Source: Minisyncoccota bacterium (GTDB taxonomy: Bacteria; Patescibacteriota; Minisyncoccia; Phycocordibacterales; DSPV01). From it: 64,000 nucleotides of DNA. The stretch is taken from NCBI GenBank assembly GCA_041662545.1, contig JBAZSH010000002.1:2239-66238 (forward strand), given 5' to 3'. This document shows positions 32,808 to 43,024 of this stretch, one piece after another (within the stretch, counting starts at the first letter, position 1; every line of letters begins with the position of its first letter). Below the pieces are notes generated by a model. That model was not told the origin of the DNA. It made no database searches and saw only the letters and a list, made by a program, of their open reading frames with translations. Position numbers and translations under genes: made by a program.

Positions 32808-33778
32808 GATTTCTCCTTGTCGTTGGATGTTTCCACTGACTTCAAATTCATAACGAAAACCCTTCGTTTTTTGAAGCCCAGTGTATCGAGTGACGCCATC
32901 AAATCAAGTGAGACATTTCTTTCCGTAAAAGGATGAATTGTCACACAAGAAATATCTTGCATTGCCAAATATTTTGCCGAAGACAATATGAGCGACCTGA
33001 TAACCGTAGATGCTTCTTTTGAACGATCAATGAAGATGCGTTCAAGGGTTGCCTTACTTGTTGGCTTATGAGCAGATGCTGTTATCAAACCAACAAGAGA
33101 GTCATTTAAAAAAGCACCGTGGATTACTTGCGCCAAATCAAGACTTGGCGTGTCTTGGTGATTCAAATCAGAGATTAGTATGCTTAAAAAGTTGGCATAC
33201 ATTGCTTGGCCTGTATCGCTTATGCCGATCTTCTTGATTTGAAATCCGCCTTCTTCTGATTCACAATTTACGAGCTTAGGCTGATTTACGTACCACTGCG
33301 TCAAAATTCCTTCAGAATAATGATGTTGGGTTAGTAAACTAGACATTGCCGTGTTTGTGGTGTGACAAAATGAGCGAAGTGTTTTTATGCCAACTCTTGT
33401 TGCGCGATTTTCGAATTCGTTGAGTAATTTACTGGCAATACCTTGTTTTCGGAAGCCTTCCTTAACGTGAATATTTTCCAAGGTAGCAATTCGTTCTTTG
33501 TCAAAGATGGCTAATAAAAATCCTACAATATCCTTTTTTTGATTTATAGCCACCAGCATTGAGCCATCTTTTTCCGTGGCCCAATTTTGCAACGCTTCTT
33601 CTGACCAGAAAATGATTTCATAGCCAGTCGCAAATTCCTGCGTGTTTTGTCCAGCTTGCATTACGTATGCAAGATGTTTTTCGGTGCAAAAATCCTCAAT
33701 AGTTACACTATTAAGGGAAGTATAATCAGTACTCATTTTGATGGCCTCGTTTCCACAGTTTGGATTGATTTCAGACAT
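32804..33778 (-). CDS. GNAT N-acetyltransferase with extra N- and C-terminal regions
   Basis: acetyl-CoA binding motif region (HVKEGFRKQGIASKLL) in the middle of a 324-aa protein. Confidence 0.6.
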   Translation of the reverse strand: MSEINPNCGNEAIKMSTDYTSLNSVTIEDFCTEKHLAYVMQAGQNTQEFATGYEIIFWSEEALQNWATEKDGSMLVAINQKKDIVGFLLAIFDKERIATLENIHVKEGFRKQGIASKLLNEFENRATRVGIKTLRSFCHTTNTAMSSLLTQHHYSEGILTQWYVNQPKLVNCESEEGGFQIKKIGISDTGQAMYANFLSILISDLNHQDTPSLDLAQVIHGAFLNDSLVGLITASAHKPTSKATLERIFIDRSKEASTVIRSLILSSAKYLAMQDISCVTIHPFTERNVSLDLMASLDTLGFKKRRVFVMNLKSVETSNDKEKS

Positions 33779-33781
33779 AGT

Positions 33782-33889
33782 AAAGTTTCCTTTGAAAAAT
33801 TGTTAAGGAACTTGGATTAAAAGAAACCACCGTGGTCTCTTTTGCCGATTATCACTTTACAATAATTGTCTTATTTTTGCAAGGGTTCC
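33782..33889 (-). promoter_or_regulatory. shared promoter + 5' leader element Y (copy 2) ending at ATG of GNAT gene
   Basis: reverse complement nearly identical to 28226-28330 over ~95 nt. Confidence 0.6.
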
Positions 33890-34029
33890 ACTTTTTAATT
33901 TTCAATTTTTGCAACCGGTGATAAGATTGTTTTCATGAACCAAGATTGTATCTTTTGTAAAATCGTAAAGAAGGAATCACCGGCGAATATTGTTTTTGAA
34001 AACGATGATTTTCTGGCTTTTTCTCCTAG

Positions 34030-34064
34030 TTCCAAGATATCCGGACGATGGTCTAGATCTTTGG
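34030..34064 (+). promoter_or_regulatory. shared palindromic operator-like motif Z (copy 1)
   Basis: ccaagatatccggacgatggtctagatctttgg; 16/16 core shared with 42977-42992. Confidence 0.45.
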
Positions 34065-34213
34065 CTAAACTAGGACATAATCGATTGTAATTTTGCGGCT
34101 TTTCGTTTTGGCGGTATAATGTTCGTAATGAAAGGTTTGATTTCTGACGAGGATTTATCAAAAAAATATCCGACAAGGGGGAGTTTTGTGGTGCAGGGAA
34201 AAAAGATAGTAAC

Positions 34214-35290
34214 ATGACAAAAGAAGCCGTTATTGAAATACTCGGTAAGCTCCAGGTGCTTAAAAAGAAAACCGGTATAGAAATTGTTGATACCCATGTA
34301 CACCCAGGAGATGTTATGGGTGTGGTTCATTATTTAGAAACAAAATTCAGCGATAATCACTTATCGAAAGATTATCTAGAATCGGGAATTTTAGAGAAAT
34401 TTAATTACAGCAAGTTTGAGAAATTTGGGTCGAGGATAGTGTTCAAAATTTTTCCGGAATTTGTTAACAAAACTGTTCAGCAAACATACGGGACATACAA
34501 TAATACTGACCTTTCGAATGAAATGATAATTTCGCTGGTAGACAAAAGTGTTCTTCTTCCTATTGAACCGTGGCTACCAACAAAAATAGTGGGTGATACA
34601 TATAAAAATAAAAAGAATTTTATTATTCTAGGTTCAATTGATGTCTGCGGAATAGAGAAAGGAAATATTGAAAGGATAATCATTTCTTATATTCAAGATT
34701 ACAAAATAGTTGGCCTCAAGTTTCATCCAAACTTACAAAATTTTAAACCTCAGCCCAAAGATAACTCGCTGGAAATTGCAGACAAGCTGAGGGTAATATA
34801 CGACATCGCACAAAAACACAAACTTTATTTACTTTTTCATGGCGGTATATCTAATTTTACTAAACACATTAATCTAAAATACCACGATGCTTCAAGCCGA
34901 AGCCGCACTAACGCGTTCCTTAAGAATTTTTGCTCGGCAAATGGTCAAAGCGAATTATTTGAGAATTGGAATATGCCAATAATTATTGCTCACCTCGGGC
35001 ATTACGGGATGATCGATGTTGATTATGGTTTACTTAAACTTATAACTAAACGATTTAACAATGTGTGCTTTGATACTTCAGGAATATCGTCAAATGTTAT
35101 CGCAAAAGCACTTCAAGTTGTTCCGAGCGAGCGTATAGTTTTTGGTTCCGATGCAGCATATAATAGAATGGCTTACAATCTTGCTTTTTTGTATAATGCA
35201 ACTATGATAGCAAATAACGGCGAGGCAAAAACTGAAATGTTAGTTAATGTGTTGAGTGGAAATTTTTATAACAAAATCTTAAAACATTGA
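34214..35290 (+). CDS. amidohydrolase-2 family metal-dependent hydrolase (TIM barrel)
   Basis: VDTHVHPGD metal-binding HxH, later HLGHYG and D in FGSD. Confidence 0.65.
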   Translation: MTKEAVIEILGKLQVLKKKTGIEIVDTHVHPGDVMGVVHYLETKFSDNHLSKDYLESGILEKFNYSKFEKFGSRIVFKIFPEFVNKTVQQTYGTYNNTDLSNEMIISLVDKSVLLPIEPWLPTKIVGDTYKNKKNFIILGSIDVCGIEKGNIERIIISYIQDYKIVGLKFHPNLQNFKPQPKDNSLEIADKLRVIYDIAQKHKLYLLFHGGISNFTKHINLKYHDASSRSRTNAFLKNFCSANGQSELFENWNMPIIIAHLGHYGMIDVDYGLLKLITKRFNNVCFDTSGISSNVIAKALQVVPSERIVFGSDAAYNRMAYNLAFLYNATMIANNGEAKTEMLVNVLSGNFYNKILKH

Positions 35291-36879
35291 ATATGGCTTG
35301 GCTTATTTTACTTTCTGGAATTTTAAACTTGTTTTTAGGTCTTATTGTTTGGTTAAGAGATCTAAAAAACAGGTTAAATTTAGGTTTTGGTATATTTAGT
35401 TTAAGCACCGTTGTTTTAATACTATTTGATTTCTTTTTTCGATTTAATCCAACAGTCTTTATTTTGAAAAGTAGTTACGCTTTTGCAGCACTAGTTCCAA
35501 TTACGGCCTTAATTTGGATTTTGGAAATGTGCCACATTGACGCGTCTAGATTCTCACCTTTACGCAAGATTCTGATATTTCTGCCTGGCCTAGTTTTCTT
35601 TGTGCTAACTTATATCGGCAACTTAATTGTTGTTCAAGTCCATTCTCTCACCTTGCTTGGTTATATAGGAAAACTCGGTCCTCTTTTTTCGTTATACTCA
35701 CTTTACTTCTTTGTTTATATTCTTGCTTTTATTATCCTTTTATATCGCACCCAACGAAATACCACTGATAGAATATATAAAATTCAGATTAGATTTGTAC
35801 TTACTGGTGTAATACTCTATGGTCTTACAGCTGTCACATCAAGTCTAATCCTCCCCAAATTTTTTGGAGTTTTTGATTTCACACTTCTTGACGCTCCAAG
35901 TTTAATTTTCTTTGTCGGTTTTACAGCATATGCAATTCTTAAATTACATTTATTTAACATAAAAGTAATTGCCACCGAGTTACTAGTTTTTGCACTTTCC
36001 AGTTTTAGTTTGATAAGGACAATAGTATCTGATCAATTGAATGACCAAATAATAAATGGGGGCATCTTTCTGTGTATTTTAATCGTTGGTGTTTTCCTTA
36101 TCCGGAGTGTTATGCAAGAAGTCGAACAACGCGAGAAGATTGAGAAATTGGCAAAACAATTGGAGAAAGCGAACGAGCGGTTGAAGGAATTAGATAAACT
36201 GAAGACAGAATTTATTTCTTTTGCCACTCATCAATTGCGGGCGCCGATTACGGCGATTAAGGGTTACACCTCGGAAATTCTTCAGGGCGATTTTGGGCAA
36301 TTGCCGGAAAACTTGAGAGCACCGACTGAAGTGATTATGCAGTCCAGCTCATCATTGGCGATTTTGGTGGACGATTATTTGAATGTTTCGCGCATTGAGC
36401 AGGGCAAGATGAAATATGAATTTTCTGATTTCAATCTTGCTGATTTGGTAAATGAAGTGGCGAATGAACAACGACCGAGCGTAGAAAAGAAAGGACTGAA
36501 ATTGGAATTCGCCTCACCGGCTGACAAGGTGATGATTCATGCCGACCGTGGCAAGATTAAGCAGGTGATTCTGAACTTGCTGGATAATTCAATGAAATAC
36601 ACACCGGCGGGGCAAATTACCATAACTTTAACAAAACAAGACAGCAAAGCGCGGCTTTCCATCAAGGACACTGGCGCCGGTATCAAACCAGAAACAATGT
36701 CTCATTTGTTCCAAAAATTCTCTCGCGCTTCCGACGCTTCTAAATATAATTTGTTAGGCACTGGTCTCGGGCTTTATTTGGCCAGTGAACTTTTGAAAGC
36801 TCATCACGGTCGCATTTGGGCCGAATCCGAAGGCGAAAGCAAGGGCTCAACTTTCTTTGTGGACCTACCCGCCATTTAG
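35287..36879 (+). CDS. sensor histidine kinase with 7-TM N-terminal domain (no adjacent response regulator)
   Basis: HisKA FISFATHQLRAPITAIKGY, HATPase (DTGAGI, GTGLGLYLA); coiled-coil linker. Confidence 0.85.
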   Translation: MNMAWLILLSGILNLFLGLIVWLRDLKNRLNLGFGIFSLSTVVLILFDFFFRFNPTVFILKSSYAFAALVPITALIWILEMCHIDASRFSPLRKILIFLPGLVFFVLTYIGNLIVVQVHSLTLLGYIGKLGPLFSLYSLYFFVYILAFIILLYRTQRNTTDRIYKIQIRFVLTGVILYGLTAVTSSLILPKFFGVFDFTLLDAPSLIFFVGFTAYAILKLHLFNIKVIATELLVFALSSFSLIRTIVSDQLNDQIINGGIFLCILIVGVFLIRSVMQEVEQREKIEKLAKQLEKANERLKELDKLKTEFISFATHQLRAPITAIKGYTSEILQGDFGQLPENLRAPTEVIMQSSSSLAILVDDYLNVSRIEQGKMKYEFSDFNLADLVNEVANEQRPSVEKKGLKLEFASPADKVMIHADRGKIKQVILNLLDNSMKYTPAGQITITLTKQDSKARLSIKDTGAGIKPETMSHLFQKFSRASDASKYNLLGTGLGLYLASELLKAHHGRIWAESEGESKGSTFFVDLPAI

Positions 36880-36940
36880 GCGGGGTTGTTGGTGAAATAA
36901 AATTAGGCCGAATTTTTAAACTCTAAAATCCATCACGGGT

Positions 36941-36988
36941 TTTTTAAAGTTTTTAATTGGTAAGTTTTTCGATATGGGTATTATACAC
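36941..36988 (+). promoter_or_regulatory. shared promoter-like element X (copy 2)
   Basis: see 28152-28199. Confidence 0.5.
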
Positions 36989-37100
36989 TAGAAATCGCTT
37001 GTAAATCGATAGGCACTCTTGTTTATAATGTTCGGGGCGTTGGACTCAAGTATTGCCACCAAAGAAAAATTGATGTATAGTAACGGTAAGTTTTGTTATC

Positions 37101-38665
37101 ATGTATAATGACAAACAAAAAATAATTAATGACGAAACTCTTCCAAGGTCTATAAGATCTGTGGTGCGCATGTATCCGTCCAATCAAGTCAACAGACTGT
37201 TTTATGGAGGATTGCCCCACCTTGGGAATGCTCTTTTAGGCTCTTGGAGTTCTCCTGAAATACAGGAAGCGGCCAGAGCCTATGAGGACTACAGTCTTTC
37301 TTCAAATCTTCTTATAAAAGGTTTTAAAAGTCCCACTTTAGATAAAGTAAGATTGGGTGGTGGAAGTCCCGCCCGTTTTAAACCTTTTGATAAATGTCTA
37401 ACTAACATAAAGTATTCTTTGGAAAATAGAGTACTTTCCGATTATCCGCTGGCCGCAGGCGATAATGCCGACAAGGTGCCTATCATCGAATACTTTAAGA
37501 AGCTCTATTCTTTGAAAATAAATGAAAATATATTATTTTCACTCATTCCAGCACCCAAGCGTTCACGCTGGTTATGGAGGCGATATTGGACTATGGAGAT
37601 GTGGTCTTAATGACAGCCCCGAACTACGGTCTTTTTTCGTTTATGCCGGAAAGAGCAGGGGGGCGGGTTAGGCTTTTGCAACTGACAAGTCTTGACGGTT
37701 GGAAGGTTGATCCAAAAAAACTCAAGCGACTTATTGTTGAAATCAATAACGAGCTTGAATCAGATTACGATACAAATCGCGGAAAATATATTTTCAGGCG
37801 GTCCGATTTGCCGCCAAGAGTTTCTGTTTTTGTAAATTTAAATCCACACAATCCGACAGGTATGGTTTACAGTCAGATGGACAAATCGTTATTGTTGGAG
37901 ATTTCCAATGTCTGCAAAGAAACAGGCGTATTTATCGTTGACGATTTGGCTTATGCGGGCCTAGAATATGATAGAAATAACCCCGCGTTGCCTATATGTA
38001 GTTTAAGTGGCCATTTTGATAATACAATAACGTTGTATTCGCTTTCCAAGTCTTACGGCTTAGCCGGCATAAGGTCGGGGATGGTTGTCGCTAACGAAAT
38101 AATCAGCTCTTTGATACGCGATGAAATATTTCAAGTTTCCGACTCGCTGTCTTTGGTGCAATCGTCTGCCATGAGTGCGATTTTTTCATCAGATGGGACC
38201 CTGGCGAAAGAAAGAGAGGACTATCTCGCCCATGTTACAAAGGAGTATTATCAAAGATACATTTTTGTAAAAGCTATTATTGTGGGGGCTGATAACCTCA
38301 AAAAGCAAGAAAAAAAGCTGCTCGATAAAATTCTTAATGATAATAGGCTTAATATTAATGGTGCCGAGTCTATGAACGGCATCAAGGATGTGAGCATAGC
38401 ACTTGAACCGGAGTCGGGGTTTTTTGTAATATTGGATTTAAGCAAGTTACTCGGAAAATCTTACAAAGGATTTAGAATCATTGATGACAAAACCATGTTG
38501 CAGTTCTTATACACTTCAGGCAACATCAAAGTTTTGCCCGGCAAGGCATTTTGTTGGAGTGATCGTGAGCAGCTCGTCGTAAGAGCAACTACCGCATTAG
38601 GATATGCTGAATTGTTAAAATCCTTTTTGAGACTTAAGGCATCTATAGAAGAACTACTAGTATGA
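37101..38665 (+). pseudogene. class I/II aminotransferase interrupted by a -1 frameshift near 37523-37535 (or sequencing error)
   Basis: ORF 37101-37610 and ORF 37574-38665 are parts of one protein; downstream frame extends back to 37526 as KYIIFTHSSTQAFTLVMEAILDYGDVV; NPHNPTG and SLSKSYGLAGIRSG (PLP-Lys) present. Confidence 0.6.
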
Positions 38666-39546
38666 GAATATATATTGCTTCTTCGGATAAGTACATCGGG
38701 AAAATCCAAGAGGATATTTATATGCGCGACGCATATAGAAATGCCGGATTGTTCTCCGAGATTGTCACGCTGAAAGATATTGCGAATATTTCAGAATCTT
38801 CTGATGTGGTTATTTTAAAAAGCATATGGGGGTACCACATATGTTACAAAGAATTTATCGAGGAAGTATCACATCTCAAAAAAAGGGGGGTTAAATTGGT
38901 AAATGATTATAATTTTATTTTTTGGAACATCAATAAGTGTAAATACTTGAACGAAATAAATCACATGAATGTGGTTCCAACAGCATTCTTGCAATTAAAA
39001 GGCGCCGACACAGTGGCAGAAATCAGCGATGTAATTTCAGAAATTAGCAGGAGGTTTAATGCGGATACACTGGTTATAAAGCCTTGCATATCGGAAAGTG
39101 GTTATTTGACTTTCAGGTATGATACAAGTAAAAATAATGAAACGGTAATTGCGGCATTGAAAAATAATAAACAGCTTAATTTTATGGTGCAGCCTTATAG
39201 ACCTGCTGTTTCAGAAGGCGAGATATCAGTCATTACGATTAACGGTGTCTCCCTTTATGGGATTAAGAGGTTTTCTGGAATTTTCAATGATAAATTGAAT
39301 CCGACATATATAAAGTTGGCGAATGTGCCAGATGCAATACAAAGAGAAATTGCCGCATTAAAAAACTTTTTCTTGAAAAAGTTCGGGGCATCGCCTAATA
39401 TATGTAGGGTTGACTTTTTAAAGGCTGATACTGGTTATGAGATCTTAGAAGTTGAGTTAATAGACCCTGATTTATTTTTTAGATTCATACCAGAAAACAT
39501 GAAAAAGAAAGTAGTCTCTATTCTTTGCAAGTCATTAACAATATAA
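38662..39546 (+). CDS. ATP-grasp fold ligase (RimK/glutathione-synthetase-like)
   Basis: LVIKPCISESGY and CRVDFLKADTGYEILEVELIDPDL ATP-grasp C-terminal motifs. Confidence 0.6.
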   Translation: MRIYIASSDKYIGKIQEDIYMRDAYRNAGLFSEIVTLKDIANISESSDVVILKSIWGYHICYKEFIEEVSHLKKRGVKLVNDYNFIFWNINKCKYLNEINHMNVVPTAFLQLKGADTVAEISDVISEISRRFNADTLVIKPCISESGYLTFRYDTSKNNETVIAALKNNKQLNFMVQPYRPAVSEGEISVITINGVSLYGIKRFSGIFNDKLNPTYIKLANVPDAIQREIAALKNFFLKKFGASPNICRVDFLKADTGYEILEVELIDPDLFFRFIPENMKKKVVSILCKSLTI

Positions 39547-39563
39547 ATAAATTCTTACTTATT

Positions 39564-40013
39564 ATGTACAGAAAAGGCGTATCCGCTCTTATAATTAATA
39601 GCAACGACGAATTTCTTTTGGTAAATTTAGAATCTTTTGAAGATAAGTATTTTGCAATTCCTGGTGGTGGGGTTGAGCAGGGAGAAACTTTAGAAAACGC
39701 AGTATATCGAGAGATACATGAAGAGTTGGGTATAGGAAGAAAATCTCTTAAATTTGTGGGTAAAAGTCAGGATCCGGTTAAGTTCAAATTTAAGGTAATC
39801 AAAATGACTCGTGATGGTAAGAACTATGAAGGATCAGAGAGATACTTTTTTGGCTTCCGTTTTCTGGGGAATGACGATGAAATACATCCCAAAGAAGGTG
39901 AGGTAAGAGCTTATAAGTGGATATCATTTGTGCAATTAAAAGATTATTTGCTTTTTGATGATCAACTAAAAGATACTCAGGAAAAAATAAAAGAAATTTT
40001 TACCGATTTTTAA
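39564..40013 (+). CDS. Nudix hydrolase
   Basis: Nudix box GGGVEQGETLENAVYREIHEELG. Confidence 0.85.
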   Translation: MYRKGVSALIINSNDEFLLVNLESFEDKYFAIPGGGVEQGETLENAVYREIHEELGIGRKSLKFVGKSQDPVKFKFKVIKMTRDGKNYEGSERYFFGFRFLGNDDEIHPKEGEVRAYKWISFVQLKDYLLFDDQLKDTQEKIKEIFTDF

Positions 40014-40037
40014 AAATATTGATACTCATTCATTTTT

Positions 40038-40907
40038 TTAATTGTTAGGTAAATAACAAGCAAGAGTTTGCATGACTTCCAATGCTGGAGGAAACTTTTT
40101 GGAGTTAAGCAAAGTCTTAAGGTAATTAATACGAGCAAAAAGTGCAATACTTTCTTTCTCTGTAAGAAGGTCTTCCTTTTCGAGTGCTATTTTTAAGCTT
40201 TGTATTGATTGCTCGGAACCAATAAAGTCATTAAATTTTTCTGCGACTTTTCGTGGAATTTCTTCTCCGCATAACCATCCAGCTTTTCCGATATCCGTAA
40301 GAATGGAAAAGTTACGTAATCGAACATCTCCAAAAGACAATCCATTGTCAGTCGCATAAATTTTCTCTTGGGATTCCAATTGCCCATCTTCTTTTAGCTG
40401 AAATATTTCGTTGAAAAGCGCATTACTTGAATGCCTGTCTGTCTCGTGAATGAGAATATCGAATAAAGCTAATGTAGCCATCATCTCTATTCTTGATTGC
40501 GATTTACTATTTTTTTTGTTCGGTTTTTTATAAGGAGACCATTCACTAAGAGTCTTAGCGTTTGGAATGAATAGCTGAATACTACCCAAGTCGTATTCGT
40601 TTTCTAAATCCCTAATCACCGTAATAGGTACAATATCTAAGCCTAGGTGCTGAGAGACAAGATAAGCTGCCCTCTCGTGTTTATAATAAGTGCCCGGTTC
40701 AATTTTTTCCCAGCCAGGGATAACTTGTTCTAAACTGCGTGGTTTGTAAATCGCTAATCTATTTTTAATTCCAACAACAAAAACACTTTCGTGCCCAAAA
40801 AGTTTTTCTGGTCGCTTAGTTATTTCTCCAGCCAGAAGTTCTTCTTCTGATAAGGAAATTCCTTCAATTGGTGCAATGTTATCTTGTTTATGAAATCCTT
40901 CTTGCAT
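40038..40907 (-). CDS. PI3K/PI4K-like kinase catalytic-domain protein
   Basis: catalytic loop HETDRHSSNALF (DRHxxN) and metal-binding DNG(LSFG) resembling DRHxxN...DFG of PI3/PI4 kinases. Confidence 0.45.
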   Translation of the reverse strand: MQEGFHKQDNIAPIEGISLSEEELLAGEITKRPEKLFGHESVFVVGIKNRLAIYKPRSLEQVIPGWEKIEPGTYYKHERAAYLVSQHLGLDIVPITVIRDLENEYDLGSIQLFIPNAKTLSEWSPYKKPNKKNSKSQSRIEMMATLALFDILIHETDRHSSNALFNEIFQLKEDGQLESQEKIYATDNGLSFGDVRLRNFSILTDIGKAGWLCGEEIPRKVAEKFNDFIGSEQSIQSLKIALEKEDLLTEKESIALFARINYLKTLLNSKKFPPALEVMQTLACYLPNN

Positions 40908-41004
40908 TATTTAGTTATTGACGATCTAAATATTGTATTATAATATGCATATGGTTGGGAATGTAGCAAATTATGCACATTGTAAAAAGAAAGGTCTATG
41001 TTTT

Positions 41005-42249
41005 ATGAAAAGAAAGTTTGATATCAACAAACCGACACTACTTTTTGTGGAAGAATACGAAAACACACTTTCAAGGAGTGTAACATCAAACCAGACCATT
41101 AATCTGATGTTACTCAGATTCAAGCATAGCATGTTTTTTAGCCAGGCACATCTCGATGCCACCGCTGGTATTCCTTGTTTTGTTTTTGACAAAGAAGAAC
41201 CTGTTAAACATATGGTTGAAAAATTCAACAGATTCTGCGCCGAAAATGAAATTGTGGTTAACTACTTCTACAACGATTCTGAATACAATCAGGAAAATGT
41301 TCAGAGATTCGCCTCTTTGCTCAAACTTCCCGGGGCATTAGACGAATATCAAGCTCGTTGTGTGAGGGACAAGGCGGCGATGAAAGACAAATTACGCGAG
41401 CTTGGTTATCGCACTATGCTCTATCGGGAGCTGTCTTCCATTGAAGACGCACTCGAATTCGCAGAAGGACTAGGCGGCTTTCCGTTCATCGTAAAATGGC
41501 GAAGGGGACTATCCTCGAAGGAGGTGTATAAGATTGAGAATAGGAAGCAGTTGGAAGATCTTCAGCTTGACTATTCCACTCAACGGTTCATTGCAGAAAC
41601 ATACTGCCCGTATTTAATCTGGTGCTTTGACTCGCTTGTGCAAGACGGTAAGGTGGTCGGCACTTTTCTGACGTGGCTTCCTTATACCAATCTTAGCTTC
41701 GCCGAGAAAAAAGAAAAATTCGCTCAAATCACGGTAAAGGAGTGTCCAAAGGATATCAAGTTCGATGGGGGAAAAATCACTCAGAACCTCGTCGGCGAGC
41801 TTGGTTTGAAAAACGGTTACATTCAGATCGAAATCTTCGTTGATCCTAATGGACAACCTACGATTTGTGAATTTGCATGGCGAACCGCCGGAGAGCATAT
41901 GTTATCAAACCAGAGTATTGCCTTCGATGTCGACGTTTGTTCTTTGCTGGTTGACATCATGGTCGGCAGAAAAATCCAGCCTATTCCAACGACAGGACAG
42001 CGATGTGTCGGCGACATGTTCTTGCCTTTGGCCGACGGGGTTGTTGCGAAGATTTCTTCGTACGACGATCTTAAAGGACTCGATGGAGTGATTGGCGGCA
42101 ATATCAACTTCAAAGAAGGGGATGTCATCCGATCAAAAAGGCAATACACAAGTTGCGCTGGCTGGGTTCAAGTCACCGGACGGACCGCAGACGAGGTTTT
42201 AAGCAAGATGCTTAAAGTGTACGAGCGGTTTGAAATTGTGACAAGTTAA
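41005..42249 (+). CDS. ATP-grasp fold ligase
   Basis: FPFIVKWRRGLSSKEVYKIEN...YIQIEIFVDPNG...EFAWRTAG; start chosen at internal ATG (MKRKF). Confidence 0.6.
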   Translation: MKRKFDINKPTLLFVEEYENTLSRSVTSNQTINLMLLRFKHSMFFSQAHLDATAGIPCFVFDKEEPVKHMVEKFNRFCAENEIVVNYFYNDSEYNQENVQRFASLLKLPGALDEYQARCVRDKAAMKDKLRELGYRTMLYRELSSIEDALEFAEGLGGFPFIVKWRRGLSSKEVYKIENRKQLEDLQLDYSTQRFIAETYCPYLIWCFDSLVQDGKVVGTFLTWLPYTNLSFAEKKEKFAQITVKECPKDIKFDGGKITQNLVGELGLKNGYIQIEIFVDPNGQPTICEFAWRTAGEHMLSNQSIAFDVDVCSLLVDIMVGRKIQPIPTTGQRCVGDMFLPLADGVVAKISSYDDLKGLDGVIGGNINFKEGDVIRSKRQYTSCAGWVQVTGRTADEVLSKMLKVYERFEIVTS

Positions 42250-42262
42250 AACCAACTTCGCT

Positions 42263-42296
42263 CCGACGCATCACGCGTTGGGGCGAAATTTTTTCT
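42263..42296 (+). terminator. rho-independent terminator
   Basis: cgctccgacgcatcacgcgttggggcg + AAATTTTTTC. Confidence 0.6.
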
Positions 42297-42303
42297 ACAA
42301 CAA

Positions 42304-42329
42304 AAAGCCCGTACAGTGGTCTGTGCGGG
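42304..42329 (-). terminator. terminator hairpin for NDK-like gene
   Basis: gcccgtacagtggtctgtgcgggc, T-run on minus strand. Confidence 0.5.
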
Positions 42330-42335
42330 CAATGG

Positions 42336-42758
42336 TTATAGCATTCGAAAGACTTTAATGCCGTTTTCTGCTTCCGTTTTATTCTGGGACCGATGAATGA
42401 TGTTTTTATAACATCGAACACCGTTAATGATTAACGGTTTATGCCCACCAAACTTAAAGCGTATGCTACTGAGAGCGCAATCGACAGGGTCTAATTCGGT
42501 GCCTGTGATTTGAAGGAGCTTATCGATGGCGTTTTCGCCCATAACCAGCCCCACTTCAACCGATTTTCCTTTAAATTGCAGGAAAACCGCGTCTCGATAC
42601 TTTTCGGGCAGGTCAGAATAAATAATTTCTAGTGCCCAACTATGCACCACAAGTTCCTTGCTTTCTGTGATAGTAAGTCCGACACCTTCAATCATTGCCC
42701 TGACTTCTTCGCGAAACGCCAAACCATGAGGTTTGATGATATAAAAACTAGTTTCCAA
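42336..42758 (-). CDS. divergent nucleoside diphosphate kinase-like protein (TTG start)
   Basis: FYIIKPHG N-terminal NDK motif, NIIH near C-terminus. Confidence 0.5.
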   Translation of the reverse strand: METSFYIIKPHGLAFREEVRAMIEGVGLTITESKELVVHSWALEIIYSDLPEKYRDAVFLQFKGKSVEVGLVMGENAIDKLLQITGTELDPVDCALSSIRFKFGGHKPLIINGVRCYKNIIHRSQNKTEAENGIKVFRML

Positions 42759-42960
42759 TTTGCCACCTCGCTTTCTCTGTGAGAATGTACTGTTCTCAAA
42801 ACCAAGCTCGTTGATTTTTACTGAAATTTATCTTACCATTTTTTCTTAACTTACGCAATGGTAAAGCATTAGTGTATAGTAAGTCACATCGTTTGGGTGT
42901 TTGGGTGTTCGATACAAAGCCATACATAATTGAGCGGGCATTTCCATATTCACATTGTGC

Positions 42961-42992
42961 CGAGATACCCGAATGGTGGTCTAGATCTTTGG
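42961..42992 (+). promoter_or_regulatory. shared palindromic operator-like motif Z (copy 2)
   Basis: ccgagatacccgaatggtggtctagatctttgg. Confidence 0.45.
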
Positions 42993-43024
42993 TTGAAAAA
43001 TAAGTTATAGTTGTAATTATAAAT

